From Eledone cirrhosa (lineage: Eukaryota): 64,000 nt of DNA. This document shows positions 53,001 through 64,000 of the stretch, one piece after another (the stretch's first letter is position 1; the number at the start of each line of letters is the position of its first letter). The notes beneath the pieces were generated by a model. The model was not told where the DNA came from. It made no database searches and saw only the letters and a list, made by a program, of their open reading frames with translations. Made by a program: the position numbers and the translations under genes. Where the stretch lies: positions 12,338,001 through 12,402,000 of the forward strand of contig OZ024745.1 of NCBI GenBank assembly GCA_964016885.1, given 5' to 3'.

Positions 53001-53640
53001 GTGTCACCTTGCCAGGATGAAGGATTCTAGAATACCAAAACAACTCTTTTATGGAGAGTTGGTTAAAGGAAAACGACCGCCACATAAACCAAAAAAGAGG
53101 TATAAGGATTCCTTGAAAACCTCTCTGAAAGACGCTAACATCTCTGCTGATACATTGGAGAATATTGCTGCTGATCGTAATAAATGGAGAAAGACTGTAT
53201 ATGAGGGAAAAGTTGCCTTTGAGGCATCTCGAATCGCATACGAGAAAGTAAAGCGGGATGTGAGGAAGGGCATTGCTGTTGCACTTCCAGACGGCGAGGG
53301 TCCTCCTATGGTGCTGACATGCAGCGTATGTGCGAGACTCTGCCTAAGCAAAGCTGGACTCGAAAGTCATCTTCGCAGTCATAAAGTAAGACCAGTGGTT
53401 GACTACCAGGCTGCTGTTGGAGATGCTACTCATCATGCTTGCCAAACATGTGGTAGAGAATGTAAATCAGCAGGAGGGCTCAAGCGACATGCAAAAGTAC
53501 ACGAACTCCAACCACAGCCGACTATTCCCAGTGAATGTTTTGGTTGCCGACTCTGTGCAAGACATTTTAGATCATTGGCTGGGCTAAAAAGCCACATTCG
53601 ATCGCAGCGCTGTTAGTTGCTATCGTGTGTGTGTGTGTGT
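49701..53640 (+). mobile_element. Near full-length RTE-clade LINE (family 1): 5'UTR, APE, RT, three C2H2 fingers, (TG)n tail
   Basis: APE motifs GCWNVRTL, LSETR, YAPT, GDFNAR, LDYVL, TDHGLV. RT motifs QSGFRAGRGTTD, DLTKAFD, GVKQG, YADD (52436). Stop at 53616 followed by a TG repeat. Confidence 0.96.
50086..53616 (+). pseudogene. Disrupted APE-RT-zinc finger ORF of the RTE element
   Basis: Frameshift near 51709, in-frame stops at 51839 (TGA) and 51902 (TAA), frameshift near 53002. The pieces correspond to track ORFs 50005-51717, 51917-53020 and 52996-53616. Confidence 0.92.
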
Positions 53641-53742
53641 AGATATGCTTATGTGTGTGCGTGTGTGTGTGTATATATGTATATGTATATTATTATTGTT
53701 GTTGTCGTTATTATTATTGTTATTGTTGTTATTATTATTATT

Positions 53743-55020
53743 ATCAAGTTGGAACGGCTCCTCTTCAAATTCTTGTGGAGGGGACAAGTTCCGTTGGTGA
53801 GGCGGTCCATCTGCTGCCAGCACCCTCTACGCGGAGGGCTGGGCATGCCGTGGCTAATGATGCGCAGACATGCGTTGAGGCTGCGACATCTCCAGATATT
53901 CTGCCTCAATGGTGAACAGGTGTGGTCGCCGTTTATCAGACGGGCCTTTCCGCAGCTCATTTCTTTGACTGAGCTGCAGTCCTGGGTCAAGAAGAGACCG
54001 AGACTGGGTGACTGGCACCTGGAATGTTGCCAGGCACTCACTGCCCTCTACTAAGCGGGCAATGCGATCAGTGGAACTTCCACTCTCGAGTTCTATAGAG
54101 GATTAGTGGTGGGCAAGTGCGATGACGCACTCGGAGAAGCTTTGGGCCTCGACGAAGTCGAACTGACCAGTCTGTACCGGAGGACTTTTGAGCCGGGGAC
54201 GATGGACAATTTCCAGAAATCCCTTGCTTGGCAGTGCTACGGGGGGCACTGCCGGTTCGGGATAAACTCTACAGGCACGGAAGTGCTGTCAGACGGACCT
54301 GCCCAAGATGCGCACAGAACAACGAAACCGTTCTGCACGCACTTGTCCAATGTCCGTGCATTACTGACTTGTGGAGTTATGTCGAACAGCTACTGTCGCG
54401 TGTGGAACGAATCCGGTTATCGGCCGAGTCCATAGTGAAGATCGAGCCGCCACCTTCCTTAGGTCAGGAAGAGCAGGACATTTTCCTCTGTCTGGTGGCA
54501 GTTGCGAAAGAGATTATATGGTGGACAAGGTTGAAAGGACTAAAGACAGACACTTTTCTCTTCGGCCAATCCCTCATCAACTTCTTCAAGTTTCACCTGG
54601 AAAGGAGGGTGAGGGTGGAGAGAGAAGTGCTGCCCCCCAGTACATTTGCTAAAAGGTGGGTGAATGTGGCGAGAATGGCTCGTGTGAATGGGCCTACTCT
54701 GACCATGCGCCTATAGGCTGGCTAACTTGAGGAGAGGGGTGCTCTCCTGGGTGCCCTAGAAGCGCAGGGTGGTTCAGGATTGGTGGGGTACCCGAATCAC
54801 CCCAGGGTCGTCCACCCCCTATCGGGGAATTTATTTTGTTATATTTTGCATAGTTTATTTTATATTTTTATATTTTCATTGTTAAATTAGATTTGCCATT
54901 GTGCACTTTTACTCGACCTTATTGTAAACCCCCACTGTCCCTGTCTTTGTATTGTCCCCTACATGTCCGCCCTTGTGGCTAATAAATGAAATCATTATTA
55001 TTATTATTATTATTGTTATT
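53743..55020 (+). mobile_element. 5'-truncated L1/Tx1-clade LINE (3' part of ORF2 with zf-RVT, 3'UTR, (ATT)n end)
   Basis: LFKFLWRG...RGGLGMP and GALPVRDKLYRHG...CPRCAQNNETVLHALVQCP. T-rich 3'UTR, AATAAA at ~54981, ATT repeats on both flanks. Confidence 0.88.
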
Positions 55021-55090
55021 AATGTATGTGTGTGTGTGTGTATGTGTGTGTGAGTATGTATGTGTGTGTGTGTGTGTGTATATATATATG

Positions 55091-55121
<31 letters not shown>

Positions 55122-55282
55122 CTCTTTTTTTTATTTTTATTTTTTTTTATTTTCTTATTTATTTATTATTATTTTTTTTTTTTTTTTTATTTCTCCTCGT
55201 GCAATGGCCATACTCGATAACGAGGGGGCAGCCATCGTGTATGTATGTATGTATATATGTATGTTTGTATGTATGTATGCAT

Positions 55283-56192
55283 GATCTATTTCTCTTAATT
55301 TCGAGTATATTTTTGACCGGCCACCTTCCTGGTGGCAAGGTTGTAAAAGAAAAGAAATTGTCTCCCTTGAATCGCAAAAATATTTTGCAAATTTTGAAGG
55401 TGCCAGCTATCGCAGCTATTTGTAGACTACGAATTAGGGTGCTGCGCTCTTCGTCTGCAAATCCAAGTTCAGTTATACATTGGTCCAAGCTGGTTGGTAT
55501 GTAACCCGTAGCCCCAATAATGATGGGTATGAAGCTAAAGGTGTATCTTGGATACTGGATTTGTAAACTCCTCGTCAATGGTCCGTAGATGTCCTCCTTC
55601 TCCTGTATTTTTCTGACAACGTTTACATCAAGTGGGAAGCTGATCTCCACAACAGAACACGTTTTCAATGTGTGGTCCCAAACAACAATATCAGGCCGAT
55701 TATGCTTTAATTTGGTGGCAGTTTTTATTTTCAGGTTGCACCAGTATTCCTTAGTGCCATCTGTCTCAATATATTCTTCCTCGTTTGTTTTTAACTTTGT
55801 TTTCCGAAGTGCGTTCCAGATGGTTCTAGCTATACCATCGTCTCTCATGGGGAGGTAGTAGCGAGATGACATTCTTTCGCAGCTAGCAACAATGTGGCTT
55901 ACATCTTTGATCTTTGTTTTACATAGCCTACATTTATTGTCAGCTGATGGCCCTCCTCTTTTGTGCAGCAGATATTTGGTAGGGAGTTCTTGTTCCTGTA
56001 TTGCATAGAGATATCCCTCAAGATGTGATGTCATAAACTTGTCGGAACTCCATGCCAGGCTTTTTGGGTGGTTTATCCCCTCTATGGTCTGTGTTTTACG
56101 TCTCAAGTATCCATGCACAACTTTTTCTGTAAATTGGTCAATTTTTTTCACCTTGTTTGAACATTGAATACGATCTTCCAATTTCTCTGGGT
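55283..56192 (-). mobile_element. R4/Dong-like LINE, short 5'-truncated copy (A')
   Basis: AIQEQEL, CRLC-X8-H-X4-C knuckle, HNRPDIVVWD...VVEIS, FIPIIIGATG. Near-identical to 56200-57112. Confidence 0.9.
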
Positions 56193-56199
56193 ATGTATG

Positions 56200-58626
56200 T
56201 TTTCTCTTTCTCTTAATTTCGAGTATATTTTTTTGACCGGCCACCTTCCTGGTGGCAAGGTTGTAAAAGAAAAGAAATTGTCATCCCTTGAATCGCAAGA
56301 ATGTTTTGCATATTTTGAAGGTGCCAGCTATCGCAGCCATTTGTAGACTATGAATTAGGGAGCTGCGCTTTTTGTCCGCAAATCCAAGTTCGGTCATACT
56401 TTGGTCCAAGCGGGTTGGTATATAACCCGTAGCACCAATAATGATGGGTATGAAGCTAAAGGTGTATCTTGGATACTGGATTTGTAAGCTCCTCATCAAT
56501 GGTCCGTAGATGTCCTCCTTCTCCTGTATTTTTCTGACAACGTTTACATCAAGTGGGCAGCTGATCTCCACAACAGAACACGTTTTCAATGTGTGGTCCC
56601 AAACTACAATATCAGGCCGGTTGTGCTTTAATTTGGTGGCAGTTTTTATTTTCAGGTTCCACCAGTATTCCTTAGTGCCATCTGTCTCAATATATTCTTC
56701 CTCGTTTGTTGTTAATTTTGTTTTCCGAAGTGCGTTCCAGATAGTTCTAGCTATCCCATCGTGTCTCATGGGGAGGTAGTAGCGAGATGACATTCTTTCG
56801 CAGCTGGCAACAATGTGGCTTACATCCTCGATCTTTGTTTTACATAGCCTACATTTATTGTCAGCTGCTGGCCCTCCTCTTTTGTGCAGCAGATATTTGG
56901 TAGGGAGTTCTTGTTCCTGTATTGCATAGAGATATCCATCAAGGTGTGATGTCATAAACTTGTCGGAACTCCGTGCCAGGCTTTTTGAGTGGTTTATCCC
57001 CTCTATGGTCTGTGTTTTACGCCTCAAGTATCCATGCACAACTTTCTCTGTAAATTGGTCAATTTTTTTTTCTTGTTTGAACATTGAATAGGATCTTCCG
57101 ATTTCTCTGGGTGAGAGATTTATATCAGGCTTTATTCCATATCTCTCCTCCAGATCAGTCGCTATTCTAATGATATTTCCTTTTTTCATGCTCATAAACC
57201 TGAGCAAGATGGTCGCCAACCTTTTTCCTCTGTTGAAGGTGTTGCTTCAGTGTTACTATCCGGGTCTCATATGTTGTTAATATTGATTTTAGACCCCGGC
57301 CACCTTCCTTGCGTGAGAAGTATAGCCTATCCACATCACCATTGATGTTAAGGTTCCCAGTAACACTGAGAAGTTTTCGAGTTCTAACATCCATCTCACT
57401 TAGTTCTTGCAATGACCAGTTCAGTAGGCCAAATGTTGGCGTTAGAATTGGCACAGCATAGGTATTGTGGGCAATGTATTTGTTGTATGCTGACAGTTCT
57501 GATGACCATATTTTTTTTTTTTTACTCTTCTGAGGTATTCAGTTCTGGTTCTCTCCTTATTTATGGGTCCATCATATCTGACATTCTCATCCTGTCCAAG
57601 ATATCTGTAGTTGTCACCTGACTGCAGAGGTTGTATTGTCAGGCCGTTCATCTCTAGATTTCTAGAGGAGGGCACAGCTCTTCCACGTTTTACTGCCAAA
57701 TATGCACACTTGGACTCACCAAATTTCATTTTGATGTCGGTTGAAAATTGTGTAATGAGGTCCAATTGTTTCTTGATGTCATTGATATTTGGCCCATACA
57801 ACTTCACATCAACAAAGAAAAGATGGGAGATACTTCTGGGCCCACTTCTTTGTCCACCTTGTTTCCTGAGTAGGTAAGATAGTGGATTCAGTGAGAGAAC
57901 GAAGAGTAGTACTGACAAGCTATCACCCTGAAAGATGCCCTTCTGGTAATGTATCCTATCAGTCTTAACCTGCTCCTTCTCACCTCTAAGGATCAAATTG
58001 GTGTACCAGTTCTTGGTCAGGCGTTCAACAGCAGCTACTAATGGTTGTGGGACTTTAGCTAACTGTAAAGCCTTAATAATCCACCCATGAGGTACACTAT
58101 CAAATGCTTTTTGATAGTCCAGCCACACGACAGTCATGTTTCTGCGATTCTTTGTTGTTTTTTCCTGAATCATTTTGTTAGTTAGTAGGTGATCTATGCA
58201 ACCCCACACCTCCCTCTTTCCACCAGCTTGCTCAGGTGTTATGATGTTGTTGGTAGCACAGTGATCCTGTAAGAACAGGTTAAGGCACCCAGTATATAAT
58301 TTATACATGATGTTTTGGCAGGCAATTGGGCGGTAATTTTTAGCAAGGGTGGTTTGGCTATTTTGGGGAATGAGGAGAGTAGTGGCAGTTGATAACCATC
58401 TGGGCAGTTCTTGTGTGCCCTTAATGGTTTCTGTAAACAGCCGTATGAGATCTTGCCGATAGAAAGTGAAATTCTTCAACCAGTATCCTGTAATGAGGTC
58501 TGGGCCTGGCGATTTCCTATTCGACATTTTCTGTAGAGCTGTTTCCAGTATTGACCCATCTATTGTCTGGACATGTTGGCAGTAGTCCTGTTCCAGTTGT
58601 TTTAGCCAATTAGCTTGTCTGTTGTA
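56200..58626 (-). mobile_element. R4/Dong-like LINE, 5'-truncated copy (A): RT + CCHC + restriction-like endonuclease
   Basis: KSPGPD, NYRPIAC, WLDYQKAFDSVPH, GIFQGDSLS, FFVD-VKLY (one catalytic Asp lost), YRYLG, EGGRGL, CCHC, RHD, RPD..E motif. Frameshifts at T runs near 57515 and 57185. Confidence 0.93.
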
Positions 58627-58728
58627 TGTATGTATGTATGTATGTATGTATGTATGTTAGCCAATTAGCTTGTATGTATGTATGTATGTATGTATGTATG
58701 TATGTATGTATGTATGTATGCATGTATG
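58624..58728. repeat. (TATG)n tract between R4-like copies, interrupted by a 17-bp element-derived duplicate
   Basis: TATG run containing TTAGCCAATTAGCTTGT at 58657-58673. Confidence 0.95.
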
Positions 58729-61700
58729 TTCTAATGGTTTTATAATTTCACAAAGTTTTCCCAATAGAGAGAGAGTCGGTTTCTAACATAGACACAAGAC
58801 TCTCATTGGAATTTACACAACATCAACTAGGTAGATTATGTATGTCTGCATGTGTAGGTATGGATGTTATTGTATGTGTGGATGTGGATGTTTTGAGTTG
58901 TATGTGTGCATGTGTATATGCTTTGTATATGTACATGTGTATATGCAGTTATTAGATGCAAAAGTTTTAGAATGTTTTACATATTTTTACTGTTCGATTA
59001 ATGGATTGTACTTGTAATTTCCTAACTAGTTGTGTTCTTTCTGTTCCTGTGAAGCCCATCTTCTCAAGATTTGTATTGAGGCAGTTACTAACATACCCCA
59101 GTACCCCAATAATCACAGGCATAAATCTGAAGGTGTAATCAGGGTGGAGTATCTGAAGATTTCTCATTAGTTCTGTATAGATATTCTCCTTTTCGCTAAT
59201 GTTTGATATTATATTGGCATCTGCTGGGCAGCTAATTTCCACTACTGTGCATGCGTTCTTCTCCCTGTCCCATATCATAATATCTGGTCTGTTATGCCTG
59301 CATTTTATTGGGGTTTTTATTGGAACATTCCACCAGTACTCTTTCATATTATGTGCATGGATGTCTTCCACATTGCTGTAGCTTTTAATATGTTTATTAT
59401 TGGGGCTATCTTTTCTACGGATTGCATTGTACAGTGTTTTGGCCACTTCATCATGTCTCATAGGTAGATAGTACCGCGATGACATCTTTGGACAGCTGCT
59501 GATGACATGGGTGACATCTTCGATGTTAATTCTGCAGAGTCTGCACTTGTTATCACAACTAGGTGTTTTTCCTGCATCCCTATCTCTTTTGTGAATCAGG
59601 TATTTCGTGTTAATTTCCTGTTCTTGGATTGCAAAAGCGTATCCTTCAAAGTGGGAGCCAATATAGCGGTTGTTGGTCCAAGATAGACTACTTTCCTTAT
59701 CCGAAGCTTCCTGGCAACATATCCATGCATGGTCTTTTGCTGATGAGCATGCAGTTTTTCATCCATGGATTCACTGCGATACTGCTGAGCGACTTCCCTG
59801 GTTGTGAGTTTTTGATTATCACACGGAATATCTCTCGAGGAGTTCCTTCCCAACTCTCATGACCTTATCTGTTTCATGCAGATAGACTTGCTCGAGAGAC
59901 GCTTCGAGGTTCATAGATGTTGTCGGAGGGATATGATGCGACATTCAAATGCTGTCTGGACTGATGTTAGGCCTCTGCCTCACTGCTTACGTGTCAAGTA
60001 AAGGCGGTCTATGTCACTGTTGATGTGGAAGTTTCCGGTGTTGTTTAGTATTTTTCGAGTTCTAACATCAACTGCTCGGATTTTGTCTATCGTCCAATTG
60101 AGTATTCCAAACGTTGGTGTTAGGACAGGCACAGCAAACACATTGTGAGCCACTGTTTTGTTTTGCGCAGAGAGTTCCGATGACCAAATCTTTCTTAATC
60201 GGGTGTAGTATTCCCTGGTTACGCGTTCCTTATTACAGATACCATTATAGGATATGTTCTCATCTATCCCCAGGTATCTGTAGCAGTCCTCATCAGATAT
60301 AGGTGAAACAGCTAGGCCATTGATGGCAATGTTGCTAGATTGGGTTGTTGTTTTTCCCCACTTTACAGTCATATATGAGCATTTATCTTGGCCAAACTCC
60401 ATTCTTATATGCTTTGAGAACGTTGTAACCAGGTCAAGATTTTTCTTCATCCCATCCATGTTCTTGGCATAGAGTTTCAGATCATCCACAAAGAAATTAT
60501 GGGTTAGGTTTGTATTTCTGTCCTCCTGTGAGCCAATGATGTATCCTTCACATTTCTTGAGCAGAAAGGACAAGGGGTTTAATGACAGGATGAATAATAT
60601 CACAGAGAGACTGTCTCCCTGAAATATATCCCTGCGATATTTTATTTTATCAGTGAAAATAGAGTCCTCCTTCTCTGTCTTTAACCTTAGGATAGTAGCC
60701 CAAGAAGAAGATAGCCTCTCTATGGCTCTGATAATAATGTCTGGGACTTTAGCAAGTTGGAGGGCCTCTATAATCCAAGAGTGGGGAACAGAATCGAAAG
60801 CTTTCCTGTAGTCCAGCCAGACTGTAGCCATATTGCTCCTAAGTTGTCGCACCTCCGACATCTCAGTTTTCTTGATTAGGAGTTGTTCAGCACATCCCCA
60901 AACCCCTTTCTTTCCAGCTGCTTGTTCATACGTGATGATGTTATTATTCTTACAGTGGTCTTGGAGGAATAAGTTCAGACAGACTGTATACATTTTATAC
61001 AACAGGTTCTGGCATGCAATGGGTCGGTAATTTTTTGCCAAGTGCGTGTCTTTGTTCTTGGGGACCAGTATTGTTTGTGCTAATGTCAACCATTCTGGTA
61101 TAAGTGTATCTCCCTTAAGAACTTGTTGGTAGAGGTCAGTAAGATACCTCCGATAGAAGATCAGTTTTTTGTACCAGTAGCCGACAATCATGTCTCTTCC
61201 TGGTGTTTTCTTATCTTGGAGTTTTCCTATCACAGTCTCAAGGGTACCCTCACTTATTTCGTACATTTTTGTTGTAGTGTAGGAGCAATAGTTCTTTCGG
61301 ATTTCTTTTAGCCACACTGCATCTTGGTTGAAATTCTTCTTTTCACTCCATATTTTTCTCAAAAAGGAATCTATGTCTTTCTGGGATGGGGCCTCAGTGA
61401 CACTTATTATGTTGTCCTTCATATCTCTATAGACTGATGTTTGGTTTCGTCTGAATCTTTTATTAAGCACTTTTCTTTCATCTACCTTCTTCAAGTATCG
61501 GCGTTTTTCGCTAACAGCTCTCAATTCTTGTTTGAGGGTGATCAGCTTATATTTAAGAGTTCTGGTTCTACTGTTACCAAACATCGTCTCTATTTTAGTT
61601 TACACTCTTTGTTGGTGAGGAGTGAGGTTTTTTGTGTTTGTTTGCATGTAAGGAGCATTGTCACATATCCTATGGTTTTTCGTAGGTCAGCAATCTTTTT

Positions 61701-62231
61701 TTCTATTTTAGTTATATATGATGGTATTTTTGGTGGTGTTCTGTTCTTGTTAACATCTCTGCTATCACCAAGATAATGCTTCACTGTTGTTGCTTAGGCA
61801 TATAAACAGGCGTTGATTTGCCAAAATGTTTGGGTTTTTATCCGTCGTAAATATTCATCCCCTATTTCGTCAATAACACGTAATATTTCATTATTTGGTT
61901 TTTTATTAAATATTGTCGTTTTAATACGTTCAGCAAGAGAAATATTTATACATGAGTTAATTTCTTTCTGGAAGATTTCATTGAGGGAAATTTTGATTAT
62001 TATCCTGATCGATAGTATTTTCCACAACAGTCGAGGTATACTTAGATGGTACTGATGGTGTCAAGTTTCTTACAGGCATAGTTGTTTCAAGGCGCTGTTC
62101 AACCTGGCTGCTAGGAAGTCTAGTAGCATGGCGACCTGTAGCATGTGTTGTTGATAACATGTTTGTTGTGGGGGACTTACAATTAATAATATTTATCTTA
62201 TTTTTACGTTCAACAAACGTAGCTTGTTGGC
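58729..62231 (-). mobile_element. R4/Dong-like LINE family B, near full-length, decayed
   Basis: ORF pieces from ATG near 62160 to stop at 58967: KTPGRD, NYRPIAC, WLDYRKAFDSVPH, IFQGDSLS, FFVDDLKLY, CRLC knuckle, RHDEVA, HNRPDIMIWD...VEISCP. 3'UTR at 58729-58966. Confidence 0.93.
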
Positions 62232-62258
62232 GTATGTATGTGTGTATGTATGTATGTA

Positions 62259-63813
62259 TGTGTTGAGCAGAATGTGGATCTCTACCAGGTGTTTGTTGAT
62301 CTGACAAAGGCGTTTGACACGGTCAACAGAAAGGCTTTATGGGATATCTTGAGGAAGCTGGGGTGCCCTGAGAAGTTTGTTTCCATTTTGCGTTTGTTTC
62401 CTGATGACATGAAGGTAAATGTTGGTGGAAAGTTCTCTGAGCCGGTGACGGTCGAGAATGGAGTCAAACAGGGTGACATTCCAGCTCCAACGCTCTTTGC
62501 TTTGTACTTCTCCATTGTCTTCGAACAGGCCTTCGGGAACTGCAATCATGGTATATATGTTCACTATCGATCAACTGGAAAGCTGTTTAATATCAGGAGG
62601 TTCAATGCTAAGTCAAAGGTTCACTTGTCACTAATCAGGGATTTGCTTTATGCAGATGACTGTGACCTGGTAGCGCACACGGAGATTGATATGCAGCATC
62701 TCATGGAGGCATTCTCTAATGCGTGTACTGCATTGGGACTTACCATAAGCCTGAAAAAGACAGTAGCCATTGGCAGTTTTGTATATCTTGGAAGTACTCT
62801 GAGTATGTCCTGCGATCTTGATGGGGAAATATCAAACAGGATACAGAAAGCCGGTGATGATTTTGGAAAACCGAACAAGCGTCTCTGGTCTCAACACGGA
62901 ATTTCGGTAAAGACAAAGCTCAAAGTGTATCATGCTTGTGTGCTCGCGGCACTTCTTTGTTTGTGAGACGTGGATGGTCTACCGTAGTCAGATAAAGCGA
63001 CTTGACAGGTTCCACCAGTACTGCTTACGTCGGATCTTCGGCATAACTTGGCAAATGTTTGTCAGTGACGTCGAGGTTCTGGACAGAAGTGGCTGTGATA
63101 GTGTCGAGTCCTTGATTTTGAAACATCAGCTGCGCTGGACCGGCCATCTTGTGAGGATGAATGACAAGCAAATACCGAGGCAGCTGCTTTATGGCGAGCT
63201 CCAAATGGGAAAAAGGAACGAGAGCAAACCCAAGATGCGTTTTAAGGACTGCATCAAGGGGGCGCTCAAGAAAAGTAACATCCCTTGTGAGCACTGGGAA
63301 GCATGCGCTAGCGACCGATCGCATTGGAGGAAAGCAGTGGATAGTGGCAAGAGTCTATTTGAGGAAACAAGAAGAAGGCACGCGACACTAAAAAGAGATG
63401 TCCGGAAAGGAATCCATGTTGGCCTTCCCGAAGGCACTGACAGATGGCCTGACTGACATGTGATACCTGTAATAGGGTTTGTCTGAGCATGGCAGGTCTA
63501 AAGAGTCACCTGAGAGTGCACAAGAAGAGGGAAGCAGGCACCTGTGGAGCTATAAGTGTTCATCAGACGACGTCATGTAATGTTTGTGGAAGGGTATGCA
63601 GGTCGAGTCGTGATCTCACACGACACCTTGGGTCACATGGTACCATGGGCCCAGCACTAGGTGTCAATAATTGTCACAAGTGTAGTGTTTTTACCAGAGT
63701 TTTCAAGTCGCTGGCTGGACTAAAAAGCCACACTCGTTCAGCGCATCGGTAGGGGTTCTCCTACATGGATATAAAGTAGTGGCCGTACTCGAAAACGAGT
63801 TGGCAGCCACCAT
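62259..63813 (+). mobile_element. 5'-truncated RTE-clade LINE (family 2) with (TATG)n tail
   Basis: FVDLTKAFD, GVKQGDIPAP, LLYADD, CETW, C2H2-type fingers, stop at 63752, 3'UTR ending GGCAGCCACCAT, then TATG repeats. Confidence 0.94.
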
Positions 63814-63913
63814 GTATGTATGTATGTATGTATGTATGTATGTATGTATGTATGTATGTATGTATGTATGTATGTATGTATGTATGTATGTATGTATTAT
63901 GTATGTATGTATG
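63812..63913. repeat. (TATG)n tail
   Basis: Nearly pure TATG run. Confidence 0.98.
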
Positions 63914-64000
63914 AATCAATGGCCATCCCAAATCACTTTGTCAAGGCAGAATTCTAGGAGAAGGAAAACTCTTATATAACACCTGCAACCCTGGTGGTAT
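63914..64000 (+). mobile_element. Start of another RTE 5'UTR-type sequence, runs off the window
   Basis: TCAATGGCCATCC.AAATCAC...TTTGTCAAGGCAGAATTCTAGGAGAAGGAAAACTC matches the reverse complement of 44500-44606 with a ~21-bp deletion. Confidence 0.8.

Noticed and set aside
52996-53616. Host C2H2 zinc-finger gene
   Set aside because: Contiguous with the RTE RT via a frameshift; it is the element's C-terminus.

Overview
Eukaryotic, repeat-dominated window with no recognisable host gene. The SINE-like fragments and dense microsatellites resemble octopod/cephalopod DNA (inference only). Bases 1 to ~35,773 are one uninterrupted satellite of a 42-bp monomer (ATCTCTCTAGTAGACTGTAACTCACCAATATTGAAGTATGTC, ~850 copies) with kilobase-scale higher-order repeats; the huge ORFs over it are by-products of a stop-free unit divisible by 3. 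The remaining ~28 kb is a nest of decayed mobile elements separated by microsatellites. It holds a second 42-bp minisatellite, a 696-bp spacerless palindrome and several smaller hairpins, Penelope-like fragments with minimal hammerhead ribozyme motifs, and a mariner relic. It also holds a near full-length RTE LINE with three C-terminal C2H2 fingers, two truncated copies and one 5'UTR+3'end bipartite derivative of a second RTE family, an L1/Tx1 3' end inside (ATT)n, and three tandem R4/Dong-like LINEs. The most notable pattern is that the junctions of the R4/Dong-like and RTE copies fall in (TATG)n/(CATA)n with opposite strand polarity. This suggests tetranucleotide-targeted retrotransposition, possibly into tails made by the RTE family.
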